A stretch of DNA of 55,408 bases from Spirochaetota bacterium (GCA_038241375.1 JBBRFT010000002.1:1-55408), one strand, 5' to 3'. Shown: positions 29,276 through 37,898, numbered from the stretch's first letter. Made by a program: numbers and translations. Notes: a model not told the origin generated them from the letters alone.

Positions 29276-29920
29276 ATGAAAACTTCAAAACGACAGTTGG
29301 TTATTCTTGGTATATTGCTAGTCGTCATCACAATTATTGCAGGTGCATCTTCTATGTTAAGTATAGAAAAACAGAAATTCACCGTTATAAAAAAACAAGG
29401 GCAATTCCAGATACGGACATACCAGCCTTACCTAATAGTCGAAACAATTGTAGACTCCGATTTTGAACAGGCTGGCAACATCGCTTTTAAAAGACTGTTC
29501 AAATACATCAGCGGAGATAATATATCTAAAGAAAAGATTGAAATGACCGCCCCGGTAAACCAGGAGCCGCAGGAAATAACTAGTCAGAAGATTGCCATGA
29601 CTGCTCCTGTAAACCAGCAAAGAATCGGAGAACAATGGGCTGTTGGTTTTGTAATGCCCACAAAATACACATTGCAAACCCTCCCTCAGCCGACCAATCA
29701 AGAACTAACCGTCAAACAAGTCCCAACTCAAAAAATGGCTTCCATAAAATACTCCGGCTCATGGTCACGCAAACTCTACGATGAAAAGGAACTCGCTCTT
29801 CGTAAATTCATAGAAGATCAAGGTCTCAAAATAACAGGACAACCAACATGGGCCAGATACAACCCTCCATTCTACCCCGGATTTTTGAGACGAAATGAAA
29901 TCCTGTTCCCGGTAGAATAA
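29276..29920 (+). CDS. SOUL/HBP heme-binding family protein, membrane-anchored
   Basis: Two I.MTAPV motifs (IEMTAPVNQ, IAMTAPVNQ) and a C-terminal ARYNPPF. The start is set to the ATG at 29276, which yields the signal anchor MKTSKRQLVILGILLVV. Confidence 0.75.
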   Translation: MKTSKRQLVILGILLVVITIIAGASSMLSIEKQKFTVIKKQGQFQIRTYQPYLIVETIVDSDFEQAGNIAFKRLFKYISGDNISKEKIEMTAPVNQEPQEITSQKIAMTAPVNQQRIGEQWAVGFVMPTKYTLQTLPQPTNQELTVKQVPTQKMASIKYSGSWSRKLYDEKELALRKFIEDQGLKITGQPTWARYNPPFYPGFLRRNEILFPVE

Positions 29921-30378
29921 CTGAGTAGTTTTTATTACACCTACCATCAACAATACACACTCAAACTAATTAAATTGGTTCAAACTCATTTGGAATCATA
30001 TTATATGTTATTGAAATTCCCAATTATATTCATAAGGAATTTCTTCCTCTTTTATTTCTGCTTGAATAGCAATATCCCATCCACAAGTAATGCAATTTAA
30101 CCAAAAAAAATATTCCTCAACTTTATGTTTTGTTTCTTCATAACAACACAGCTGCTCAAAAGCAGCCGGAGCTTTCTATAAAAGAAACTGCGTTTAATAA
30201 CCATAGAATTTCAAGATCACTAGCTAGCGTTAAAGGATCAGAATGAAATTTCCATATCAAGACCATCGATGCCGTTTTTAACAACTTACCGTCACAGGTG
30301 CAAACAATGTTCAACTCTGTACTATAAGATCCATGCTCCCATGAACTCAAATGAAAAGTTCAAGTCAAAAATGAAAAA

Positions 30379-31068
30379 CTATTTACCCCTCTTTAAAAGA
30401 TTTTTAAAAAAGCTTTTTGTCGCATCCACTTTGCTTTCTTTCTTTTTTGAAGGAGCAGGCTTTGCCGTTTTAGATTTTTTTTCTGCAACACCCGGAGTCT
30501 TTTTCAAAGTTGCTTTTTTTACCGCTTTCACAACGGCTGTTTTTTTTCTGGTTGAACTTTTTTTTACGACAGTTTTTTTTGCAGTTTTTTTGACGGATAT
30601 TTTTTTTACAGGAGATTTCTCTTTCTTTCCCGCAGCTGGTTTTTTAACTGCTTTTTTCTTTACAGGTTCATCGATTTTTGAAACTGCAGTTTTAAAATAT
30701 GAATTATTGTAATTTCTCATTTTAAAAGACTGTATCGATCTTGTAATAAGATCATCATTAGAGATTGATTTATAAGAAGATTGAATAAAATCGTAACAGA
30801 GGTGTGCAAGACCGCAACGAAGATAACTGGTAAGTTTCTCCTGCGATAAACCTTTTTTTGATAAGGATTGGAGCCATTCCCTGAGTTTTTGGTCCCCTTT
30901 TTCAAAATTTGTTTCTGTTAATATTTTTCCCGAATTCCGTACATAAGTATTGAGCAGAACATGAACCTTTTTATATTCGTTCATAAAAGCAGGATCGATA
31001 ATATCGTTTTCCATTAACTTCTGATCAAGTGCTGCAATCAAACTGCTGTCGGCCATAATTTCCTCCAT
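30379..31068 (-). CDS. Protein with unassigned N-terminal domain and histone-H1-like lysine-rich C-terminal tail
   Basis: 229 aa. By my count the last 96 residues contain 35 Lys in repeated KK-x3-4-KK units with A/P/V/T/S (KKPAAGKKEKSPVKKISVKKTAKKTVVKK...). Confidence 0.6.
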   Translation of the reverse strand: MEEIMADSSLIAALDQKLMENDIIDPAFMNEYKKVHVLLNTYVRNSGKILTETNFEKGDQKLREWLQSLSKKGLSQEKLTSYLRCGLAHLCYDFIQSSYKSISNDDLITRSIQSFKMRNYNNSYFKTAVSKIDEPVKKKAVKKPAAGKKEKSPVKKISVKKTAKKTVVKKSSTRKKTAVVKAVKKATLKKTPGVAEKKSKTAKPAPSKKKESKVDATKSFFKNLLKRGK

Positions 31069-31290
31069 GAAATGTTTTAATTAAGTTAATCTTTTTATAA
31101 CTGATTGTCAAGTACGATATCGCTTAATCCCCCGGACTTTCGTACGTTTCCACATCCTTGAAACTGATGTCCCGTATTTAGCTTACATCTAAAAAATTCT
31201 TAAGTTAAAACCATAAACCGAACTGGTATTACTAAATATGTGAAGCAATGATTATTTATTATCAAAGAAAACTTAAAGAAACTGTATAAT

Positions 31291-31560
31291 TGGCCTTATA
31301 ATTCTGAAGTAGCAGCCGGAGGTAACGCGCTCCGCGTGGGAGTTCTTGGAGCTAACGACGGCCTTGTTTCTGCGTTCAACCTTGTGATGGGATTGGCAGG
31401 AGTAAAAAATTCAGCTATACTTCTTACCGGTTTAGCCGGTTTGCTTGCCGGAGCTCTCTCCATGGCGCTCGAAGAATGGCTCTCTGTGCAGAGCTCCCGG
31501 AACTTGCTCAGCAGCAGATTGACATAGAAAAGTCCGAACTTGAAAGCTGCCACGAAGGGA
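31291..31560 (+). pseudogene. Remnant of a VIT1/CCC1-family iron/manganese transporter gene (no start, frameshifted, truncated)
   Basis: Frame 1 reads LRVGVLGANDGLVSAFNLVMGLAGV...LAGLLAGALSMALEEWLSVQSS. The +1 frame continues ELAQQQIDIEKSELES near 31498. GC is locally much higher than in the flanks. Confidence 0.6.
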
Positions 31561-31713
31561 TGACTTCCTTTTGTCTATTGAGATACAAGCCATCGTTTAC
31601 AATAAGTGTAATTCAAAGAACAGTTAAAAATAGCACCAAACGTGCGCTCATGCTGGGCGCACAAAAAACTCCCCTTAGGGAGTTTTCAATGTTATATATA
31701 AATAAGACTAAGT

Positions 31714-32550
31714 TTAATTTACCGGTATAAAACCAGCTTCTTTTACAAGCTTCTGCCCGTCTGCACTTAAAATATAATCAATATATTTTTGAGCTTCAAC
31801 AGAGAGATGCTTTTCATCAACGTAATTGAAAAGTTTTCTTGAAATCGGAAACTTACCCGATTTTCCATTTTCGATAGTCCCTTCAACTTTATCAACAGTT
31901 ACAGGATGAACTGATGAATCGATATAACCGAATCCTACATAACCAAGAGCTTTAGGATTACCGGCTACTGCTGATATTATAGCACCATTTGAAGCCTGAA
32001 GCAGAGCGTCTTTTGTCACGTCAGTTTTCTTCATTACTTTTTCATGCCATACTTCATATGTACCTGAACTTGTGTCACGGGAGATTACTACTATTTTCTC
32101 ATCCTTCCCGCCAAGCTGCTTCCAGTTGGTTATAGATCCGTCAAATACTGCTTTAAGTTGTGCTAGTGTAAGATTCTTAATAGTATTTGAAGGATGAACT
32201 ACCGGTACAATCATATCGTATGCAACAGTAATTTCCTTAATCGTTTTACCCTTCTCTTCGGCACTTTTTATCTCTTTCTCTGTCATTGATCGAGAGGAGT
32301 TTGCAATATCACATGTTCCATCGATTATCGCTTTAATACCATTTCCTGAACCGCTCCCTTCAATTGTTACAGATACATCTTTATTGATTTTTCTATACGC
32401 TTCAGCTGTTTTCTGAGTAATCGGGAGTACCGTTGTAGACCCCTTAATTACAACTTTATTTCTTTTCTCTCTTGAGCATCCTGTAAAGAATGAAGCAGCT
32501 ATCATTGCTACACAGGCGATTATAAGAGTTTTTCTAAGAATATGATTCAT
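31714..32550 (-). CDS. pstS: Phosphate ABC transporter substrate-binding lipoprotein PstS (orphan)
   Basis: 278 aa. Lipobox FFTGC. KGSTTVLPI, GSGSGNGIKA and SRDTSSGTYEVW are PstS-family motifs. Confidence 0.82.
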   Translation of the reverse strand: MNHILRKTLIIACVAMIAASFFTGCSREKRNKVVIKGSTTVLPITQKTAEAYRKINKDVSVTIEGSGSGNGIKAIIDGTCDIANSSRSMTEKEIKSAEEKGKTIKEITVAYDMIVPVVHPSNTIKNLTLAQLKAVFDGSITNWKQLGGKDEKIVVISRDTSSGTYEVWHEKVMKKTDVTKDALLQASNGAIISAVAGNPKALGYVGFGYIDSSVHPVTVDKVEGTIENGKSGKFPISRKLFNYVDEKHLSVEAQKYIDYILSADGQKLVKEAGFIPVN

Positions 32551-32731
32551 TTTAATTTTCTCCTTTTTTGTTTTATTATAGCGAATTTAAAGAATTTATA
32601 TTAGTTTTTTATAAAGATTTATTAAAGTTATCATGAATAATAATAGTTTTTAACTCCCCTATATCTTAAAACTTTATGGCTATGTAGTATATCAGTAATA
32701 ATCCAAAAAAAATCGATGACTCCCGCCCTCA

Positions 32732-32761
32732 CCACAAAAAAATAATTAATACGACCACAAA
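32732..32761 (+). promoter_or_regulatory. Conserved 30-nt upstream box, copy 1 (candidate transcription-factor site)
   Basis: CCACAAAAAAATAATTAATACGACCACAAA is 29/30 identical to 35515-35544. It ends 19 nt upstream of the predicted -35. Confidence 0.6.
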
Positions 32762-32780
32762 AGTATCTCTATGACGGCTA

Positions 32781-32809
32781 TTGCATTAATACTTTCTCTA
32801 TGTTATCTA
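32781..32809 (+). promoter_or_regulatory. Sigma-70-like promoter of the thiolase/acyl-CoA dehydrogenase unit
   Basis: TTGCAT, 17-nt spacer, TATCTA. It aligns colinearly with the copy at 35564-35592. Confidence 0.5.
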
Positions 32810-32913
32810 ATTCATATGTTTTTTTAAATTATTTAAAGACTCATTGTCGAAGCTGTTCTGCTTCGAATACAAAAGGCAATCCGTTTTTAATAATTAGATA
32901 ATGGAGGCTATTT

Positions 32914-34116
32914 ATGAATGAAGTAGTAGTAGTTGGAGCATGTAGAACACCTATAGGTAAATTTTTAGGATCCCTGAAAGATGTAACTGCCAAAGATCTT
33001 GCTGTAACAGCAGGAAAAGAAGCGATTAAACGTGCCGGAATTGATTCACAAAGCATCGATGAAATTGTAATGGGACAGGTTTATCAGCATATGCAGAATT
33101 CACTCCCTGCAAGAATTGTCGGCCTTGCATGCGGACTCCCTTTTAGAAGTTCAGCACTTGTAGTTAATCAGAACTGTTCATCAGGAATGAGAGCTATGGA
33201 AATTGCAGCGCATAACATAATGCTCGGAAAAACAGAAACGGCTCTTGTCGTCGGGGTAGAAAACATGTCCGGCGTACCTTACATGCTCCCTGGCGCACGA
33301 AACGGTTACAGAATGGGAAATGGCGAACTTGTTGATGCCCTTACTCACGATGCCCTTTATGACTCGCTTGTACCCGGCCACATGGGACTTACTGCAGAAA
33401 ATGTAGCTTCAAAATATAAAATAACACGTGAAGAGTGCGACAACCTTGCTCTTCTAAGCCATCAGCGAGCCGCTAAAGCTGTTGAAACCGGAGTATTTGA
33501 TGAAGAGATAGTTCCAGTAGAGATTAAAACAAAAAAGGGAACCACTGTATTTGCAAAAGATGAACACTTTATTCCAGATGCAAGTGTTGAGTCAATGGCT
33601 AAACTTCGTCCTGCTTTCAAACCTGACGGAGGTGTTGTTACCGCGGCCAATGCTTCAGGTATAAATGACGGAGCTGCAGCTTTAATACTTATGTCAAAAA
33701 GCAGAGCCGAAAAACTCGGGCTCAAACCTCTCGGCAAACTTGTAAACGTCTGTTCATTTGGAGTTGAACCTGAAATAATGGGAATAGGACCTGCTGAAGC
33801 AATTCCGAAATGTCTGGAAGGAACCGGTATTAAATTTGATGATGTTGATTACTGGGAAATAAATGAAGCTTTCGCACCTCAGTTTATCGGATGCCAGAGA
33901 AAACTTAAAGAGGATCATAATCTTAATCTTGATCTCACAAAAGTTAATCATTACGGTTCCGGAATTGCCCTTGGTCATCCGATCGGATGTACAGGAGCCA
34001 GACTTATAGTTACTCTGCTTTATGAAATGAAAAGAAAAGGTTACTCATACGGAGGAGCATCTCTCTGTGTTGGAACAGGACCTGCAATGGCATCAATCTG
34101 GACAACAAAAATTTAG
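32914..34116 (+). CDS. Acetyl-CoA C-acetyltransferase (thiolase II)
   Basis: 400 aa. VVVGACRTPIGKF, NQNCSSGMRA (active-site Cys), NEAFA, GHPIGCTGAR and CVGTGPA. Confidence 0.93.
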   Translation: MNEVVVVGACRTPIGKFLGSLKDVTAKDLAVTAGKEAIKRAGIDSQSIDEIVMGQVYQHMQNSLPARIVGLACGLPFRSSALVVNQNCSSGMRAMEIAAHNIMLGKTETALVVGVENMSGVPYMLPGARNGYRMGNGELVDALTHDALYDSLVPGHMGLTAENVASKYKITREECDNLALLSHQRAAKAVETGVFDEEIVPVEIKTKKGTTVFAKDEHFIPDASVESMAKLRPAFKPDGGVVTAANASGINDGAAALILMSKSRAEKLGLKPLGKLVNVCSFGVEPEIMGIGPAEAIPKCLEGTGIKFDDVDYWEINEAFAPQFIGCQRKLKEDHNLNLDLTKVNHYGSGIALGHPIGCTGARLIVTLLYEMKRKGYSYGGASLCVGTGPAMASIWTTKI

Positions 34117-34138
34117 TGAATGATAAATGCTCTATTAT

Positions 34139-34161
34139 CCCCGCCGCCATAGGCGGCGGGG
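34139..34161. repeat. GC-rich palindrome of the GCCGCC-loop-GGCGGC family
   Basis: ccccgccgcc-ata-ggcggcgggg is a perfect 10-bp stem, 22 nt after the thiolase stop. Confidence 0.75.
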
Positions 34162-34195
34162 TGATATAAAATTTATATTAAAAAGAGGATAAAAA

Positions 34196-35392
34196 ATGAA
34201 TACAGTAATAAGCAACCAGGTCGAAAGCGGATTTGGATTCAGACTTACCGAAGAGCAGGAAATGATCAGACAGATGACTGCTGAATTTGCCGACAAAGAG
34301 ATTAAACCATTTGCCGGTCAGTGGGATCATGAAGACAAAGTTCCAATGGATGTACTTGCAAAGATGCACGATCTTGGCTTAACAAACATAGGAGTTCCCG
34401 GAGAATACGGCGGACAGGGACTCGATAATCTTACAAGATACACAATAATTGATGAACTTGGCCAGCGAGATGCTGGAATAGCAACAACAGTTGTTGCATC
34501 TTCACTCCTCGCTGCTGACCCGATTATGGTCGGTGCGAATGACGAACAGAAAAAATGGTGGTTCGGAAGAATGCTTGAAGGTGCAATGTGTGCATTCTGT
34601 CTCACAGAACCAGGCGCAGGATCTGATGCTCTTGGAATGTCAATGAAATGTACTAAAGACGGAAATGACTGGATTCTTAACGGAACAAAACAATTTATCA
34701 CAAATGGCGGGTTTGCAAAACAATTTTCTGTTTTTGCCACTATAGACAAAAGTCTCGGCAATAAAGGTATCTGCTGCTTCATGGTAGACCGGGATTTTCC
34801 AGGTGTCAAAATCGGCAACAAAGAGGACAAACTCGGCATAAGAAGCACAAGTACAACAGAAGTAATATTTGACGATGTTCGAGTTCCAAACTGGATGTGT
34901 ATCGGCGGCGAGGGCAACGGTACAGCAATACTCATGGAGACTCTTGACTATTCAAGAACAGCTGTTGCAGCTATGGCTACTGGTATATCAACTGGTGCAC
35001 TAAACGCGGCTCTTGCATATTCGAACGAAAGAAAGCAGTTCGGAAAACCGATATCATCATTTCAGGCGATACATTTTATGCTGGCTGACATGGCAACAAC
35101 TACTGAAGCTGCAAGACTTCTTTATCAGAAAGCTGCATGGCTTCAGGACAATGGGCTCCCTTTTAAAATGCTCTCAAATATGGCTAAAATGTATGCAGCG
35201 GATACTGCAATGAAAAACACAATTGATGCAGTACAGATTTTCGGCGGGTACGGATATTCAAAAGAGTATCCTGCAGAAAAATTCATGAGAGACGCAAAAA
35301 TCATGCAGATATTCGAAGGTACAGTTCAGGTACAGAGAATGGTTATAGGTAAATACCTTACTAAAGATGGAAAATACAATTATACTTACTGA
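34196..35392 (+). CDS. Acyl-CoA dehydrogenase (short-chain/butyryl-CoA type)
   Basis: 398 aa. CLTEPGAGSD, QFITNGG, and IFGGYGYSKEYPAEKFMRDAKI.QIFEGT with the catalytic Glu. Confidence 0.92.
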   Translation: MNTVISNQVESGFGFRLTEEQEMIRQMTAEFADKEIKPFAGQWDHEDKVPMDVLAKMHDLGLTNIGVPGEYGGQGLDNLTRYTIIDELGQRDAGIATTVVASSLLAADPIMVGANDEQKKWWFGRMLEGAMCAFCLTEPGAGSDALGMSMKCTKDGNDWILNGTKQFITNGGFAKQFSVFATIDKSLGNKGICCFMVDRDFPGVKIGNKEDKLGIRSTSTTEVIFDDVRVPNWMCIGGEGNGTAILMETLDYSRTAVAAMATGISTGALNAALAYSNERKQFGKPISSFQAIHFMLADMATTTEAARLLYQKAAWLQDNGLPFKMLSNMAKMYAADTAMKNTIDAVQIFGGYGYSKEYPAEKFMRDAKIMQIFEGTVQVQRMVIGKYLTKDGKYNYTY

Positions 35393-35417
35393 TGTTTTTC
35401 AGTCATACTTCTAAAAA

Positions 35418-35453
35418 AGAGAGCCGTTTAATTATGCGGCTCTCTTTTTTTTT
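35418..35453 (+). terminator. Intrinsic terminator after the acyl-CoA dehydrogenase gene
   Basis: 9-bp stem agagagccg / cggctctct, 10-nt loop, then a T-run. Confidence 0.8.
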
Positions 35454-35514
35454 AAAGCCCACCTGCGGTACATTTAAAAGACTGGAATCTTTGTAATATT
35501 AAGACCACACACTG

Positions 35515-35544
35515 CCACAGAAAAATAATTAATACGACCACAAA
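35515..35544 (+). promoter_or_regulatory. Conserved 30-nt upstream box, copy 2
   Basis: CCACAGAAAAATAATTAATACGACCACAAA, with the same 19-nt distance to the predicted -35. Confidence 0.6.
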
Positions 35545-35563
35545 TCAATAGATACGAAGGCTA

Positions 35564-35592
35564 TTCCATTTATTAACATAATGTGTTATCTC
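35564..35592 (+). promoter_or_regulatory. Sigma-70-like promoter of the crotonase/CoA-transferase unit
   Basis: TTCCAT, 17-nt spacer, TATCTC. Confidence 0.45.
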
Positions 35593-35630
35593 TTTCATAG
35601 TATCACAATCTTAATATTAAGGTTAAAACT

Positions 35631-36422
35631 ATGAAAACAGAACATGGATTCGAAAACCTCAAATACCGCAGAGAAGGCCATGTAGCCATCCTGACAATTT
35701 CCAGACCAAAATCGCTCAATGCTTTAAACTCAATGGTTCTTATTGAGCTTCGACAGGCCATTGACATGGTCAATGATGATCCTGAAGTTTACGCACTTAT
35801 CATAACAGGTGACGGGAAATCTTTCGTTGCAGGTGCAGACATAAATGAAATGAAGAATTTCAATAGTGAAGAAGGACGGGCCTGGGGCGAGCTCGGTTCA
35901 TCGGTATTCAACAAAATTGATAAAATGAAAATTCCTACAATAGCTGCAGTCAACGGCTTTGCTCTTGGAGGTGGGTGTGAACTTGCAATGGCTTGTGATT
36001 TAAGAATCGCAAGTGAAAACGCAAAATTCGGCCAGCCTGAAGTAAGTCTTGGAATTACTCCCGGATATTCAGGATGCGTCCGTCTCCCCAGACTCGTAGG
36101 TATAGCTAAAGCAAAAGAGCTGATCTATACGGGAGATTCTATCTCAGCCTGTGAAGCGGCTAAAATCGGTCTTGTAAACAAAGTTGTACCATTTGAAGAT
36201 CTAATGGATGTGGCAATAGAAATGGCAGGGAAGATAGCATCCAAAGCTCAGATAGCAGTCAGATATTCCAAGCTGGCAATAAACAGAGGAATTGAAACTG
36301 ATATAGAAACTGCAATAGTATTTGAAAATCAAATCTTTGCATTATGTTTCGCTACAAAGGATCAAAAAGAGGGAATGAACGCATTTACTGAGAAGAGATC
36401 TCCCTCTTTCAAATTAAAATAA
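35631..36422 (+). CDS. Enoyl-CoA hydratase (crotonase)
   Basis: 263 aa. FVAGADI, NGFALGGGCELAMACD, and GQPE with the catalytic Glu. Confidence 0.9.
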   Translation: MKTEHGFENLKYRREGHVAILTISRPKSLNALNSMVLIELRQAIDMVNDDPEVYALIITGDGKSFVAGADINEMKNFNSEEGRAWGELGSSVFNKIDKMKIPTIAAVNGFALGGGCELAMACDLRIASENAKFGQPEVSLGITPGYSGCVRLPRLVGIAKAKELIYTGDSISACEAAKIGLVNKVVPFEDLMDVAIEMAGKIASKAQIAVRYSKLAINRGIETDIETAIVFENQIFALCFATKDQKEGMNAFTEKRSPSFKLK

Positions 36423-36509
36423 TTCAAATAACATCCGCAGTGAAATGCTGCGGGTGTAACAGCTCATAATAAAATATAAAAAGATTTAAACGGGGAAAGG
36501 AGGCACAAA

Positions 36510-37859
36510 ATGTCAAATATGTGGAGCTCTCAATATCAGGAAAAGTTAAAGACAGCTAATACTGCAGCAAAAATTGTTAAATCCGGTGATGTGGTATTTC
36601 TCGGAGAATTCGTTCAGAATGTCGAAGCAATGGATAACGCGCTTGCGGCCAGAAAAGACGAACTAAAAGATGTAATTATCGTAACCACAACAAGAGCAAA
36701 GCCGCTCAAATGCGTAGAAGCCGATAAGGACAGATCTGTATTCACATGGGATGACTGGCACTTCTCTGGTATGGGTAGAAAATATTCAGAACAGGGTCTT
36801 GTAAATTATATCCCGTTTACATATCATCAGGGACCGGAGATTATTGCTAAATATAACAAAGTTGATGTAGTATGTCTTCAGGTAACACCAATGGATGAAA
36901 CCGGTTTTTTTAACTTCTCAACTTCTAATTCAATCGGTTATGCATACTGCCAGAAAGCTGCAAAAGTTATTGTTGAAGTGAACACCAGTATTCCAAGATG
37001 CCTGGGTGGCGCTTCAGAAGGTATTCACATTTCAGAAGTAGATATGATCATCGAAGGTTCAAACTGCCCGCTTATTCAGCTCCCTGCGGCTCCTGTTACA
37101 GAAACTGATAAAGAAATCGCAAAATATGTAATGGAACTCATTGAAGATGGTTCAACAATTCAGCTTGGTATTGGCGGACTGCCGAATGTTGTCGGCTCGA
37201 TGATTGCACAGAGTGATCTAAAAGATATTGGTGTTCACACTGAAATGCTTGCAGACTCCTATGTCGAAATGTATGAAGCCGGACGAATAACAGGAAAGAA
37301 AAAAAATATCGATAAAGGTAAAATGGTTTATACCTTTGCAATGGGATCAAATAAACTTTATGATTTTATGCACAACAATCCTGTCTGTGCATCATACCCG
37401 GTAAATTACACAAATGATCCCAGAATCATCGGACTGAATGATAAAGTAGTGGCAATCAACAATGCACTTGAAATAGACCTTTTTTCACAGGTTGCGTCTG
37501 AATCTAACGGATCGAGACAGATATCTGGTACCGGCGGACAGCTTGATTTTATAATGGGTGCTTTTAACTCACGCGGAGGAAAAGGTCTTATTTGTATAAG
37601 TTCAACATACAAGGATAAAGATGGTACAGTTCATTCAAGAATTGTCCCGACTTTCTCGCCCGGTACAATCGTTACATGTCCAAGATCTATAACACATTAT
37701 GTAATCACAGAATTCGGATGCGCACAGATGAAAGGTAAATCAACATGGCAGCGGGCAGAATCTCTCATTGATATAGCTCATCCCGATTTTAGAGAAGATA
37801 TGATAAAACAGGCAGACCGTCTTAACATATGGAGAAGAAGTACCAAACTCGCAGGATAA
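36510..37859 (+). CDS. Acetyl-CoA hydrolase/transferase family protein (butyryl-CoA:acetate or 4-hydroxybutyrate CoA-transferase-like)
   Basis: 449 aa. HTEMLADS (catalytic Glu context) and SGTGGQLDF motifs. Confidence 0.85.
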   Translation: MSNMWSSQYQEKLKTANTAAKIVKSGDVVFLGEFVQNVEAMDNALAARKDELKDVIIVTTTRAKPLKCVEADKDRSVFTWDDWHFSGMGRKYSEQGLVNYIPFTYHQGPEIIAKYNKVDVVCLQVTPMDETGFFNFSTSNSIGYAYCQKAAKVIVEVNTSIPRCLGGASEGIHISEVDMIIEGSNCPLIQLPAAPVTETDKEIAKYVMELIEDGSTIQLGIGGLPNVVGSMIAQSDLKDIGVHTEMLADSYVEMYEAGRITGKKKNIDKGKMVYTFAMGSNKLYDFMHNNPVCASYPVNYTNDPRIIGLNDKVVAINNALEIDLFSQVASESNGSRQISGTGGQLDFIMGAFNSRGGKGLICISSTYKDKDGTVHSRIVPTFSPGTIVTCPRSITHYVITEFGCAQMKGKSTWQRAESLIDIAHPDFREDMIKQADRLNIWRRSTKLAG

Positions 37860-37866
37860 ATTAAGT

Positions 37867-37898
37867 ACACACAGAGCCTCTTTAGAGACTCTGTGTGT
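37867..37898 (+). terminator. Stem-loop after the CoA-transferase gene (terminator-like, no U-tract)
   Basis: 10-bp stem acacacagag / ctctgtgtgt. Confidence 0.4.

Noticed and set aside
30269-30712. 147-aa Phe-rich ORF antisense to the lysine-rich tail gene.
   Set aside because: The poly-Phe comes from TTT opposite the AAA Lys codons. There is no start context.
32732-32761. The 30-nt box read as a Rex operator, since Rex sites are common before butyrate genes.
   Set aside because: The Rex consensus TTGTGAA-N4-TTCACAA is an inverted repeat. The box carries direct CCACA(A/G)A repeats instead, so it does not match.
34327-34935. 202-aa ORF antisense to the acyl-CoA dehydrogenase gene. Similar antisense ORFs occur inside thiolase (33462..33737), alaS (40160..40438, 40598..40810), the ABC ATPase (48416..48745) and purH (14007..14294).
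   Set aside because: The sense strand encodes full-length proteins with textbook motifs. The antisense products are low-complexity S/P/R-rich and have no start context. They are a typical artefact of locally higher GC and codon bias.
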